From: Mobula hypostoma
Lineage: Eukaryota
Assembly: GCF_963921235.1 (NCBI RefSeq)
Contig: NC_086109.1
Location: 9,240,001 to 9,304,000 of the forward strand
Direction: 5' to 3'
DNA length: 64,000 nucleotides
Shown here: positions 23,926 through 36,729 of the stretch, piece by piece
Layout: each line of letters starts with the position of its first letter
Numbering within the stretch: position 1 is the stretch's first letter
Position numbers and translations under genes: made by a program
The notes under the pieces: generated by a model
Told to the model about the DNA's origin: nothing
Seen by the model: only the letters and a program-made list of their open reading frames with translations
The model's database searches: none

Positions 23926-24952
23926 TAAAGTTCAAAGTAAATTTATTATCAAAGTAAATACATGTCACCATTTACCGTCTAACCCTGAGATTTTGTTTTG
24001 CAGGCGGAGTCAGTAAATCCAATAAACATAATACAATCAGTGAAAGACTCCACCAACAGGGCAGACAACCAGTGTACAAAAGACAACAACCTGTGCAAAT
24101 ACAAAAAGAAATAATAATAATAATAATAAATAACAGAACATGAGATGATGAGTCCTTGAAATTGAGTCCATTGGTTGTGGGAACATTTCAATGATGGAGT
24201 AAGTAAAGTTGAGTAAAGTTGCCCCTTTGGCTCAGGAGCCTGATGGTTGAGGGGTAATAACTGTTCTTGAAGCTGACTGTGAGAGTCCTGAGGCTCCAGT
24301 ACCTCCTTCCAGATGGCAGCAGTGAGGAGAGCGCAGGTCCTGGGTAGAAACGTGCACAAGGGCTTCCCAAGTCCCTTTGCACCACTGATTTCTGAATTTA
24401 CTCCCGTTTTCTTAAAGTCAGAAATGTGGTGCAACGGAATTATGCCTTAATCCGTATTTACATAAAGGTAGCGGGACTGGGCATAGTGATGAACTATTCA
24501 CAGCGAAGGTAGGATACCAGAACTCTTACCCCGTCTTAATCTTCTGCAAAGTTCTTAAAGTCTAAATATTTGGATCAACAGTTGAGTTGAGGTCTGAACT
24601 AGTTTGCAGGAAGCCCACCACATGTATCATAGTATCACCGGCCCAACATGCCTCCACATAGCAGATGTTATTAGAACATTTGTTCCTCATCCCCCCCCCC
24701 CCCCCCCGCGAGTTTCAAGTCACTGTTTTATAGTTGTCTGAACGCGAAGGATGAGCAAGTACCATTCCCGAGTCGAGAAGGGAAGTGACCCCAGTGCCAT
24801 GGCTCCGGGCTGGGCGGGGAGGGTACGGCCGCTGGTGGTGCACCGGACGTCCCAATTGTCCCATTTCTCCTCAGGAGAGGGTGTCTGCACCCCACCGCCT
24901 GGGAGAGGGTAAAGCTCTAGACCTCCCTCCGAGGGGCGAGCAGAGAGCTCAC

Positions 24953-25077
24953 CTGCGCCTTCACCCTGAGGTTGTGCTCAGCTCGGGTCGCACTGCACGC
25001 AATACCTTCAGACGGACAACTTGTCAGTTCCAAACTGCATGGACAACCTTCCAAGACCTGTCCTCTCGACCCAACAC
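24953..25077 (-). other. Candidate exon 2 (125 nt) of the unidentified minus-strand gene
   Basis: Acceptor gatttgttttcAG|GTGTTG and donor GCGCAG|GTGAGC within CpG-rich unique DNA. Confidence 0.65.
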
Positions 25078-25360
25078 CTGAAAACAAATCTGTTTCTGGG
25101 CACGGTTACCATGGAGCAGTTACAGAAATAGCCACAACTGAAGCAATTTAACTAAAAGATGAAAGGAATAGTGATTACAAACGAAGGGAATCAAATCCAT
25201 TTGATCAACCCCGCTAGAGCTCAGACAGAAACCTTTACCAAATTAAACGGCCAGGCTGTGAAGTTTTAAACCCACAAAGGCTTAGAAACAAAGTTATCAT
25301 AATCCACAGGATGGAAAACAAACCTCAAGTACTTTACAATTCATAAAATGTTGGACTTAC

Positions 25361-25700
25361 CCGGAATGTTTTTCATGAACAACTTCCACAAGCTAAATCT
25401 CTCAATTTTTTCCCCCCTCTCGTCTACTTTCTTTGTTCAAATTTACTGTCCCCTCCAAGCGCCTTTTCTGGGTCTGTCAGTTCGTCCAGATTCGGCGGCT
25501 GTTTTATTTTGTTCTTCCTGCTCGTGAGCAACTTCTGCCCCCCTTCTTCTAGCTTGGCTGCATTTCCCCTCCTCCGCCCTCTTCCTTTCTCAGCGAGCGG
25601 CTGGACTGGGAGATCGCGGCTTCCTTGCGGAGCGAGAAGCGATCTGCGTGCAATGCCCCTCTATCTCTCCGGCAGCCTGGCCAATACCGACCGAGCATAC
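25361..25700 (-). other. Candidate first exon (5' end approximate)
   Basis: Perfect donor CCGG|GTAAGT (25360-25355); no obvious upstream acceptor; purine-rich leader inside a CpG-rich region. Confidence 0.6.
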
Positions 25701-26339
25701 CTTCTGGGAGGCACAGGCTGTTATTAAAAGAGGAGGAGCTCCGGCTGCGGGGATTGTTAACTCCTCAAAGGCCATGCCTCAAACTGGACGAAAATACACT
25801 AATAACAGTAGTTGCAAATAGTTCAGTTTTAAAATGGAGACCCAGACCCTGACGAAGGGCCCTGGACCGAAACGTCGACTTTTTATTCCTCTCCAGAGAT
25901 GCTGCCTGACCTCCTGAGTTCCTCCAACATGTTTGAGTGTGTAACTCTGAAATAGCAGGCTGTTGTTTTAAATAGGGATGCCTCCTATCGGCATGAATTT
26001 TATCTCCAGCATTACTCTCACGTCATGATGTGTTCGGGCTGGGCTGTTACCAATAATTTCCAAACGGACCAGTTTCGGTAAACTGGAAACCTCAAGAGAT
26101 GTGAAATTGGGATTCAACCAGAAAACACCCCCCCCCCATTTCATGCCGCATCTATAGAAAGAAGCAACTTATATTTTGTAGACACAGGAATATATTTTGC
26201 AGATGCAGAAATCTGGAACACAATCTGCCGGAGGAACTCAGCGGTCAAGTAGCAAATATTTTGCGTAGTTATCTCAGCATGTGTTAAACTATTTTCAATG
26301 GATACGTTGACATGTTGAAAAAATTCTCTTTAATAAATA

Positions 26340-26560
26340 GTAAGTTTATTTCAAAGTACATAATTGCACCAGCCAATGAGGTTCAAGTGGGTGGGGCCTA
26401 TGTCTGCTAATTATGCAGCAAATAGCGTGAAAGAGGCGGGAACCACTGCCGGGCACGCGGGATAATTTATTGGGGAGGAAAATCAGTGAGTGGAGGATAG
26501 TTAAAATGTCAGTCACTTCGTGTGGGGTGGGCGCCAACCCTGCCTGTCAGCCGGATTACC
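26340..26560. promoter_or_regulatory. Possible upstream regulatory element
   Basis: Unique segment with agccaatgag (NF-Y-like), gggtgggg x2 (SP/KLF-like), ggcgggaa (E2F-like) and several CpGs. Motif presence only. Confidence 0.3.
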
Positions 26561-26734
26561 CACTCATTCTGATGAAGGGTCTCGGCTGGAAAAGTCGACT
26601 CTTTTCCATAGATGCTGCCTGGCCTGCTGAGTTCCTCTGGCATTTAGTGTGTGTTACTTTTGACTTCCAGCATCTACAGATCTTCTCCTGTTTGGGGTTA
26701 CCCGCTCATCTCCTTTCTGGCTGGTAAAGTAAGG

Positions 26735-27010
26735 GTGTAGCAGTTGGCACAATGCTTTACAGTGTCAATGCCCTGGGTTCAATGCCCGCCGGTGTCTGTA
26801 AGGAATGTGGATGTTCTGCCCGTGACCGCGTGGGTTTCCTCCGGGTGCTCCAGTTTCCTCCCACAGTCCAAAGGTGTACTGGTTGGTAGGTTAATAGTCA
26901 TTGTAAATCATCCTGTGGTTAGGCTAGGGTTAAAATCAGGGGTAGCTGGGCAGTGAGGCTTGCGGGGGGGGGTGCTGTAAAGGCCTATTCCGCACTGTAT
27001 CTCAATAAAG
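26735..27010 (+). mobile_element. HE1/V-SINE-like shark SINE
   Basis: Core ccgtgaccgcgtgggtttcctccgggtgctccagtttcctcccacagtccaaag; further copies, e.g. 43830-44065. Confidence 0.7.
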
Positions 27011-27754
27011 GAATCATGGCAGTGAACTTGCACACAGCAAACAGTGGGATGATGATTGAAGGGAAATATTATTAGTGACTTCAGGGATTAAAAAAAACTA
27101 TCCATTTATAGTCTTGCACCTTATTGTCTGACTGCACTGCATTTCCTCTTTGGCTGCTACACTTTATTGTGCATTCTGTAGTTGTTTTACCTTGTACTAC
27201 CTCGGTGCACCATGCAGTACATTGAACTGTATAAACAGTGTGCAGGACAATCTTTTCACTGTACCTCAGTACATCTGACAATAATAAACCAATTCCCATT
27301 CTGTGGTCTTCTTGGAGAGGCACCCTGGCATCTCCTGCATCAGGATGGGGTTCATTATCACTGACATGTGTTATAAAAATTGTTGTTTTGTGGCTGCAGT
27401 ACGGTACAATAATGAATGAAATGAACAGCCGAAGTACAGTGTAATCCATACAAATTGGGAGAAGAAAGAATGACTGAATGACTGTCTAACTAAATGAACA
27501 GCGCAAAAGGGGAATAGTGAAGTAGTGATCACGGGTTCATTGGCCGTTCAGAAATCTGATGGCGGCGGGGAAGAAGTTGTTTGCTGAAATATTGAGTGGG
27601 GGGTCTTCAGCCTCCTGTACCTCCTCTCTAAGGCTAATGATGAGAAGAGGACATATCCCAGATAGTGAGAGACCTTAATAATGGACGCTTCCTTCTTGGG
27701 ACACTGATGGTGATTCAGATTCAGGTTTTCTTGTCACGTGTGTGTGGAAATATA

Positions 27755-28315
27755 CAATTTACAAGGATGTCTCGATGACTTGAGGACCTAAATTATAGGG
27801 AAAGGTTGAATAAGTTAGGACTTTATTGAACTGAATTGAATTGACTTTTATTACTTACATCCTTCATATACATGAGGAGTAAAAATCTTTACGTTATGTC
27901 TCCGTCTAAATGTACTGGAGTGTAGGAGAATGAAGGGATATTTGATAGTGGTTATCAAGATTATGAGGGGTATAGATAGGGTAAATGCAAGCTGACTTTT
28001 TTCTGCTGAGGTTGGGTGAGACTAGAACTAGAGGTCATAGGTTAAGAATAAAAGGTGAAATGTTTAAGGGGAACATGAGTGGGAACTTTTTCACTCAGAG
28101 GGTGGTTGAGAGTGTGGAACGAGCTGCCAGTGGCGGTATTGGATATGCTTCTATTTCAACGTTAAGGAGAAGTTTGAATAAGTACATGTGTGGAATGAGA
28201 GTGGAGGGCTAGAGTCTGGGTGCAGATCAATGAGACTAGGGAGAATAGTAGGTCAGTATGGAGTAGATGGGCCAAAGGGCCTATTTCTGTGCTGTCATGC
28301 TTTATGACTCTATGA
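27755..28315 (+). mobile_element. CR1 LINE 3' end with a small internal insertion
   Basis: RTRGHRLRIKG...NFFTQRVV motif and (ctatga)-like tail. Confidence 0.8.
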
Positions 28316-29814
28316 CCCATCAGATACCACTGATTCTTCTTTCCCTCTTATTGTGGGGAGGGGCAGAGATGGTGAACATTTTTCACGTGTTCAGGATATT
28401 TTTGCTTGTGACTTCAAGGTGGATGTCTCTTAATTAAGGTTAATAAATCTTCAGCAGAGCCAGCACCTGGAAGTGCATTGTAAGTACACTGTGGTGTCAT
28501 TTGGTTTGTCCATGCTGACTTGACAGGAAAATAAACTCCCATTAGCCCCTTGAATGACATTGAGTTTGGATGACATACCATTGGTTAAATGTGCTTCTGA
28601 GGTAATAGGAAGGCCAAGTTGGTTGCCCCCAAGATAGAGTGAGGATGTCTTCTCCGAGGATCATCACTTTGGAGAAGCTTGTGTGTTCAATAGATTTTGA
28701 GAGTGATGCCGTCTGGAGTCTAGCCGTCTGGTACTTGGCTCCCGACAGGGTCACCCATGGCTGTAAGGTCAAGAGGAGGTTCCAGATAAAGAGCGATCTA
28801 AGAAAGACCTCAACGGTGGAACTGCGGGAGGTGATGACACACCACAACGGCAGTGAAGGGTCCCCAGTCGTCTTGCATTCCATGCCACTGGATTCTGACC
28901 CCGATCTGTCAAAGACTATGGGGTGCCTGCCCATGCATCAGCCTCCCCACGTTAAGCAAAGTCACACAGAGGTGTTCTCTGTGAAGGGAATCCACCCTAC
29001 CGTCCCAGATTAAGTCCCGCGGTGAAGCTTCCTTCGCCCTTAAGCAAGTGGCGAAGGGAGCAGAATTATGCGGATTGTGGATCGGTGTTCACAGCTGCCC
29101 GAAGACCCGACAAAAGACCAGCCCTTAGCACAGGGGTTCCCAACCTTTGTTATGCCATGGACCCCTACCATTAAGCAAGGGATCCGTGGACCCCACATTG
29201 GGAGCCCCTGCATTAGGAGAACATCATACCCAACTCAAGTGATCGCAAAACTAGTACTATCGTAGGAATGTGGAGGTGTACTAGAGAAGGGGAAGCTCTA
29301 CAGAGCGAGCGATGCAGGTTCAACTCCTGCCACTGTCTGTAAGGACTTTGTATGTGATCCCCTGTTTGTATGTAATCTGGGTGCTCTGGTTTCCCCCTAT
29401 ATGTTGGTAGATTAATTAGGTACAGTATTTATTTATTTATTGAGATACCATGTGGAACAGCTCCTCCCAGCCCTTCCAGCAACCATAGCCTAATCAAAGG
29501 GACCAATTAACCGACCAACCGATACATCTTTGGATTGGGCACCCGGAAGAAACTGGAGCACCCGGAGGAAACGCACGCGGTCACAGGGAGGACATACAAA
29601 CTCCTTACAGACAGCGGCGGGACAAGTTGCCATGAGTGTGTGGGTGAGTTGGTGGCAGAACTGTGCAAGGAGATGGGGGTGTGGGATTCCAGAGAGAATA
29701 ACCTGCTGCATCTATCCAGCAGGAGTTACACAAGGCTGAAGTCCCACACCAGCAGGTTCAGGAACAGCTACTTCCCTTCAACCGTTCAGTACTTGAACTG
29801 ACCCGCACAATTCT

Positions 29815-30357
29815 TTTTCAATCTTCTTATTAGTTTCATAAAATATAAACATGACATAATAGTAGTACAAAGTTATTGGGAATACATTGTTATAATTGAC
29901 ATGAGTAATTATAAAACCAAATAATACTTAATTGACAAAACTCCCAATCATATAGGATACCAGTGAATAATACAGAACAAAGAGAAATATCTAAACAAAA
30001 ATCATGAAAAAGGAAAGAAAAATTAAAAAAATATATAATAACCCCCCCCCAAAAAAACTAATCTAAACAGAATTAATCAACTAAACTAAAAAAATAAAGA
30101 CCTGGGCTGTTTTACCATCGTAAGAAAAGAGAAAAAAGAAAACCTTAGTGTTGACGACTCTGTTCCTCTTAACCAACATTGCAGAGAAGTAAAATAAGTT
30201 TGGAAATGGTCAAATTACATCATATGAAAATGCTGAATAAATAGTCTCCAAGTCTTTTTGAATTTAATGGAAGGGTCATAAACCACACTTCTAATTTGTT
30301 TCCAAATTTAAACACAACATAGTTTGTGAGAACCAGTGAAATATATTAGGAGGGTTA
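29815..30357 (-). mobile_element. 5'-truncated L1-clade LINE insertion
   Basis: Minus strand NPPNIFHWFSQTMLCLNLE/IRSVVYDPSIKFKKTWRLFIQHFHMM* (one frameshift); 14-bp TSD acc(c/t)gcacaattct (29801-29814 / 30358-30371). Confidence 0.88.
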
Positions 30358-31329
30358 ACCTGCACAATTCTAATCCAACTTCAATAACGGGACACTGCAG
30401 ATCACCCCTTGCATGACTATAGACCTGCCTCTGATTGTGTCTTTTTATTTGACCAAGGTCTTGTTCTTGCACCATTTTTCTTTCCCTACCTCCACACTGA
30501 CTTGTATAATTTACTTGTACCCACGTACCTGTGATGCTGCTACCTGCACGTTTTCCATTGCACCTCTACCTCACCGTACCTGTGCATGTGAAAACAAACT
30601 TGATTTACACACACAAAATGCTGGAGGAACTCAGCAGGTCAGGCAGCATCCATGGAAAGGAATAGGCAGTCAAGGTTTTGGAATGAGGACTGGAAACAAA
30701 TGGGGAAGAAGCCAGAATAAGGAGGTGGAGGGAAGGGGAGGAGTGCAAGTTGGCAGGTGACAGGTGGAACCAGGTGAGAGGGAAGGTAAGTGGGTAGAGG
30801 AAAGGGGTTGAAGTGAGAAGCTGGGAGGGCACAGGTGCAAAAGGTAAAGGACTGAAGAAGAAGAAGGAATCTGACAGGAGAGGAGAGTGGGCCATGGGGA
30901 GAAGGGAAGGAGGAGGGGGGTACCCGAGGGAGGTGAGAAGGGATGAGAATGGGGAATGGAAAAAGAGATGGCCTCTTCTCCCTCCCCCTTCAGCCCTCAC
31001 CTGATCTCATCTATCCCTCCCCAACTTCTCAATCCGGATTCTTCCCCATTCTTTTCCAGACCTGATGAAGCGTCTCAGCCTGAAATGTTGACTGCTTATT
31101 CCTCTCTAGTGATGCTGCCTGACTTAAGGCCATGAAGCCATAAGACCATAAGACATAGGAGTAGAATGAGGCCATTCAGCCCAGCAAATCTGCCTTGCCT
31201 TCTGGATTTTGTGTGTGTGTTGCACAGGAATACCAGCATCTCTTGTGCTTATGACAACTTGACTTGATGTGACTAATTTAAATTAATAATTGAAGGTCAG
31301 CATGGACTCGTTGGGCTGAATGGCTCTAT

Positions 31330-32065
31330 GTTTCAAGAGGAAATGCCATTCACTAGTTTGACCGTGGGAAATTCAGGACACCAGTGCTCTAGAAGTTTCA
31401 TTGCACGATCACCGATCTTGCTTTAATAACACAGGTGCCAACTGTCAGCACACCAAGACCCCAGTGAATCCTCATTGACCTTCCCTGACGTCTCACCCCC
31501 CACATGTGTAAACAGGCGGCCAGAGATTGATTTTATATCTCACTACCGTCAGCAACTCTGCTCCACAACACTTCAACACCGATACATAAATACAAGGCTT
31601 AATCCTTTAAAGCAGCCACAATCCCAAAGGATTAAGCATTCATCCCAGTCTAGAGTAGCGCATTTGAACAGAATCCTTTGGAGAATGTTTTGCGGAAGGG
31701 CGATAAAGAGATTATATTTATTCATAGGTAGTACAGGCGACAGATACAATAGGGTATTAAATCATTAACAGGGTAAGCATTATGGATTTTTTTCTATCTA
31801 TGTCCACAAAAGACACGGTTTATAAACAGGCAGATGCACTGCTCAGATGCGTTTTAGCTCTGAGAAAGCGGGTTTGTATTCTGCAAGGCTTTTAAGGGGA
31901 GAATACATTTCTTCTCTCAACCCTTGTGTTCCCGTAGTACATCTCCCACGTTTCAAGAGATTAAGCACCTCTGTGCCAGCACGCTGCAAACTATAAAATA
32001 TCCAAGACCATGGCTCAGCTACTGTAGAACCAGGAGTATTGGCTTTAACTCAATCTCTTCACCTG
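31330..32065. promoter_or_regulatory. Repeat-free candidate enhancer
   Basis: About 700 bp without recognisable repeats; paired inverted TAATCC sites and forkhead-like TAAACA/TAAATA motifs. Confidence 0.35.
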
Positions 32066-32069
32066 CATA

Positions 32070-32650
32070 GTTAGATTATGAAGACACGCAGTCCTCTTTT
32101 ATTGTCATTTAGTAATGCATGCATTAAGAAACGATACATTATTTCCTCCGGTGTGATATCACAAAACACAGGACAGGCCACGACTGAAAAAACTTAACAA
32201 AACCACATAATTATAACATATAGTTACAACAGTGCAACAATACCATAACTTGATGAAGAAGTCCCTGAGCACAGTAAAGTTCAAAGTCTCTCAAATGTCC
32301 CACATCTCACGCAGATGGGAGAAGGAAGAAAAACTCTCCCTGCCATGCCGACCACAATCCGACTCTGAGTCATCCGAAAACTTCGAGCTCTGATCAGCTC
32401 TCTGACATCGAGTACTGAGTGCCATCTCTGTCCGAATGATTCGATCTCCTTCTCGGTCGCCAAAAGCAGGCAAGGCCGGGGATTTTGAGGCCTACCCTCC
32501 GAAAGAGTCCCGACCACACAGTAAGGACAGCAGCGAACGAGTGTTTCAGAAATTTCTCCAGATGTTCCTCTGTGCTTTCACGTCCATTCTCCATCAAATC
32601 AGAATTGTCCACGGCCCCTATTTAACAGATACGACATCATTTTTCACCAG
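32070..32650 (-). mobile_element. Young non-autonomous retroelement (unclassified)
   Basis: Its end (tagattatgaagacacgcagtcctc...) recurs at 17932-18040; CpGs are largely retained. Confidence 0.5.
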
Positions 32651-34539
32651 ATTGGAGGATCAGTATTCAACATCTCATCGGAGGCATAATGTTTGATCTC
32701 AGTGTTTATGAAGCTGGGAACTCAAGCTGGTTGCACTTGCTTGAAATAACTTCTCTCTATATATAGAAGGTACATGTAGTTATTCATCCACTAGTTATCA
32801 GTGCCTGACTGAAAACTCCACGATAAAGCAAACACTGGTACACCATCGAGCCTACTTTGTTAAGAGTCCGAGGAGGTTCAGTGGGCCTCCAAAGACCCCT
32901 ATGAATTCCTGGTGATGTCTGGTTGAAAGTATGGAGGTTCCATTGCACAGGATTGCGAGAGGCTCCAGGGGGATGTAGTCTGAGCCAACTCCATCACGGG
33001 TACAACTCCCCACCGTTAAGGACGTGGCACCTCAAGGAGGTGGGATCCATCCCTCGGGACCCTCACCATCCGGGACATGCCCTCGTCTCGTTACTACCAT
33101 CAGGAGGGAGGTACAGAGGCCCGAAAACCTGCACTCAGTGCTTCCTGCCTCGGTTTGCTATCAATCTGTACCTTCTCCCCATGGGTTTCCACCGGGTGCT
33201 CCATTTTCCTCCTACGTTCCGAAGCTGTATGGGCTAGTAAGTTGTTTGGGAATGTTCTGATGGTTCTGGAAGCATGGTAACACTTGTGGGCTGCCCCCAA
33301 CACATTCTTGGCCTGTGTTGGTCATAGGCAGGAACAGTATATTTCACTGTGGGTTTTGATGTTTCAATGTACAGAATTCAAAGTAAATTTATTATCAAAG
33401 TACATATATGCACTATATATACTACTCTGAGATTCATTTTCTTGTGGGCATTGCTGTAAGAAATGAAGAAATACAATTCAGTATTAAAAAAAATGACACA
33501 TAAGAGTCTAGCAAACAACCAATGTGCAAAAGAAGATAAACTCTGCAAATACAATAATAATAATAATCATAATAAATAGTACATAAATAATACAGGTTCC
33601 TTAAGGTTGTTATAGCCCGGGGTGGTAATGGGGACAAGCTCCCACTGCCTATTAAATTCTCCCAATGGCGTGCACCTCAAATAGCCTCTGACAACCAAGT
33701 CCAGCTCCTGGCCTTCATGTGTGACTTAGCTACTAAGCCCAGAGGAACCATTTCTACTGACAGGAGAAGGTGCAAAGGCAGGTCACTGGTGCCTTAAAAC
33801 CAGTCGCTCCGGGCAGATGGGGCTCATCAGCCGTGGTTGGCAGCTCAACTGGAAGGAGGAAATCTCTGATCTCAAACCTCCGCTGCCTTGTGGCCGTACC
33901 CTCTCAAGGGGAAGGCTTCGGGAGTAAAAACCCCGAGGAAGAATCTGGAGATGGGGTCTTTAAGGCAGTCCTACATTGAGTTCCGTGCTGAATGGCAACT
34001 CCTGCGACATTGCTGGTGCCAGACTGTACGGGTCCCTGACTTTCCTTCAGATTTGTGAGGAGAAGCAGCCTGCCACATGGGCAACAACTTGCTCTCCATA
34101 CCATACTGCCCTGACTTGTGTAGCACGAAGGCGGCTAGGATTCAACATCCATGGTGGACCTTGACCAATGGAGCGCCTTCTTAGAAATAACACCGAGAAC
34201 GTTGAGTTGTAGAGTCCTTGAAAATGAGTCCATAGTTTGTGGCATCAGTTCAGTGTTGAGGTGAGTTAAGGTTTAGGAACCTGATAGCTGAGGGGTAATA
34301 ACTGTTACTGTACCAGCTGGTGTGAGACCCAAGGCTCCTGTACCTCCTTCCCAATGGCAGCAACGAGACAAGAGAATGCCCTGGATGGTGTGGGTCCTTG
34401 ATAATGGATGCATGGGCAAACAAAGTTAATCTTACAGCTCATACCCCTCAATCCAGGCGGTCCTGGTAAACTTAATTCAGTACCCTCTCCTAATCCTCCA
34501 CATCCTTCCTTTAACGGGGTGACCAAATTGTCCAGGGGA

Positions 34540-35570
34540 ACCTCGTCACATACACGGAAGCCTCACTGCCTTAGGAAGGGGAGGAAATTTGTCCTCAGTT
34601 TGTCAAAAAAAAAGAGACTGGGATGCGAGTGCTTCCTTGCTTCTCTGCGAGGAGGGGCTCCTGTGTCGGCGGAGTGAGTGCCGGTGCTGGATATTGCCCG
34701 ACCCGTAACGGGGTCACGTTAGGCGAACCGGGTCACCTCGATTGACAGCTGGCTGCGGCTTCGGGAACAGCACGCCCTTTGGGGAAGGGCCATAACCGAT
34801 CCGCTGATGGGCAGGATCAACTGTTGCCAAGACTGTTACTAATTCCCCTGCAGGGAAACATAACCACCGAATCCTGGGGGTTGTATCTCCTTCAGACCCA
34901 TGTCAAATCTGGGAGCCACCGTTACGCGACGGAGCAGCGTTTTGGATTCAATAAATCACACCGTTAAAAGCAGTTTAATGAAAAACCTATACAAACTAAT
35001 TTTAGAAATCAAAATTAAACTTTCCCACCTGGCTCTTAAAATCCATCACATTTCGCTGTAGCCGGGTGATCTGATGTGTGTGTGTGTTGAAAGCTCCATT
35101 GTAGACACAGTATATCACAGTATAAAAGATCGCCGGGGGACTCTGTGGACTTTACAAAGGGAGCAGATAGTAACCTACTTATGGCAGATTTGATTTTTCC
35201 GCTTTCAGCATGTGTCTCCACTGCGTGCGCCATTGCTGGCAGCCGGCCGTCGGGTACTGCGCCATTGAGGAGAGGCCGGCCAGCGGGTGAAGTAGAGCGG
35301 AGTCCCTCGGCAGCCCCGGTTCCATCACACGGTGCAGATGGACCTCCGGCCTACAGGTCTTCACCATCACCCCGACGTCGCGCCCCTCACGGGAGCTCGA
35401 CCATTTCGTGGGTCTGCAGCGCGGAATCTGGGTGAACGGTCGGAGATTCCACTTCCTGAGGTCTGGTGTGTGGACACCTACGTTCATCTTTGGGGCTGGC
35501 TCAAAGCGTGTTGCAAAGCCGTCTGTTGTACACATTTGATGTTAATTCACACTGACTGTGGACAGGTTAA
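34540..35570. promoter_or_regulatory. Second CpG-rich unique region with plus-strand splice signals
   Basis: Dense CpGs; GGAA motif cluster 34555-34640; donor CGGA|GTGAGT (34674); acceptor tttgatttttccgctttcAG| (35208); donor CAG|GTTAAG (35566). Confidence 0.45.
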
Positions 35571-35656
35571 GAATCAAGCGCTTCGTGTGGCACAGAAGAT
35601 AATTAAAAGTCACAAGAAAAAAAACTATAGAAAATAAACAGCACAGAAACATGCCC

Positions 35657-36522
35657 ATGTCCATTCGTCCCCCACATCCCTCCCCACTGATCTCCCTGCT
35701 GGCACTTATCCGTGTAAGCGGAACAAGTGCTACACATGCCCTTACACTTCCTCCCTCACCACCATTCAGGGCCCCAGACAGTCCTTCCAGGTGAGGCGAC
35801 ACTTCACCTGTGAGTCGGTTGGGGTGATATACTGCGTCCGGTGCTCCCGATGTGGCCTTCTATATATTGGCGAGACCCGACGCAGACTGGGAGATCATTT
35901 TGCTGAACACCTACGCTCTGTCCGCCAGAGAAAGCAGGATCTCCCAGTGGCCACACATTTTTATTCCTCGTCCTATTCCCATTCTGATATGTCTATCCAC
36001 GGCCTCCTCTACTGTAAAGATGAAGTCACACTCAGGTTGGAGGAACAGCACCTTATATTCCGTCTGGGTAGCCTTCAACCTGATGGCATGAACATTGATT
36101 TCTCTAACTTCCGCTAATGCCCCACCTCCCCCTCGTACCCCATCCATTATTTATTTATATACACACATTCTTTCTTTCTCTCTCCTTTTTCTCCCTCTGT
36201 CTCTCTGAATAAACCCCTTGGCCATCCTCTGGGTTTTCCCCCCCTCCCCCTTTTCCTTCTCCCTGGGCCTCCTGTCCCATGATCCTCACGTATCCCTTTT
36301 GCCAATCACCTGTCCAGCTCTTGGCTCCATCCCTCCCCCTCCTGTCTTCTCCTGTCATTTTGGATCTCCCCCTCCCCCTCCCCCTCCCACTTTCAAATCT
36401 CTTACTATCTCTTCCTTCAGTTAGTCCTGACGAAGGGTCTCGGCCTGAAACGTCAACCGTACCTATTCCTAGAGATGCTGCCTGGCCTGCTGCGTTCACC
36501 AGCAACTTTGATGTGTGTTGCT
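35657..36522 (+). mobile_element. 5'-truncated Penelope-like retroelement: GIY-YIG endonuclease end plus terminal repeat
   Basis: Open frame ...CKRNKCYTC...FTCESVGVIYCVRCSRCGLLYIGETRRRLGDHFAEH...RLGSLQPDGMNIDF* (stop 36117); hammerhead motif at 36427-36454. Confidence 0.92.
36427..36454 (+). ncRNA. Minimal hammerhead ribozyme core motif
   Basis: CTGACGA-agggtctcggcct-GAAAC-GTC in a Penelope terminal region, where such motifs are known to occur. Activity untested. Confidence 0.6.
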
Positions 36523-36729
36523 GTTTGGTTCACAAGGTTGTGCTGAATGAATTAAATCCTTGCGCCAATCAATCTCCTCAGTCTACACTGTCCATATCCC
36601 TCTATTCTCTTACATATTCATGTGCCGATCTGAGAGCTCTTTCCAGGGGTTCCCAACCTGGGGTCGATGGACCCCTTACTTAATGGTATTGGTCCATGGC
36701 ATGAAAAAGCGGTTGGAAACTCTCGAATG

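Larger units (their letters stand above)
24700..25790 (-). promoter_or_regulatory. CpG-rich, repeat-free promoter region
   Basis: Local CpG enrichment, GC box (ctccgccc ~25572), CCAAT (25681), AT-rich TATA-like element (~25721-25729), two adjacent candidate exons. Confidence 0.6.
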
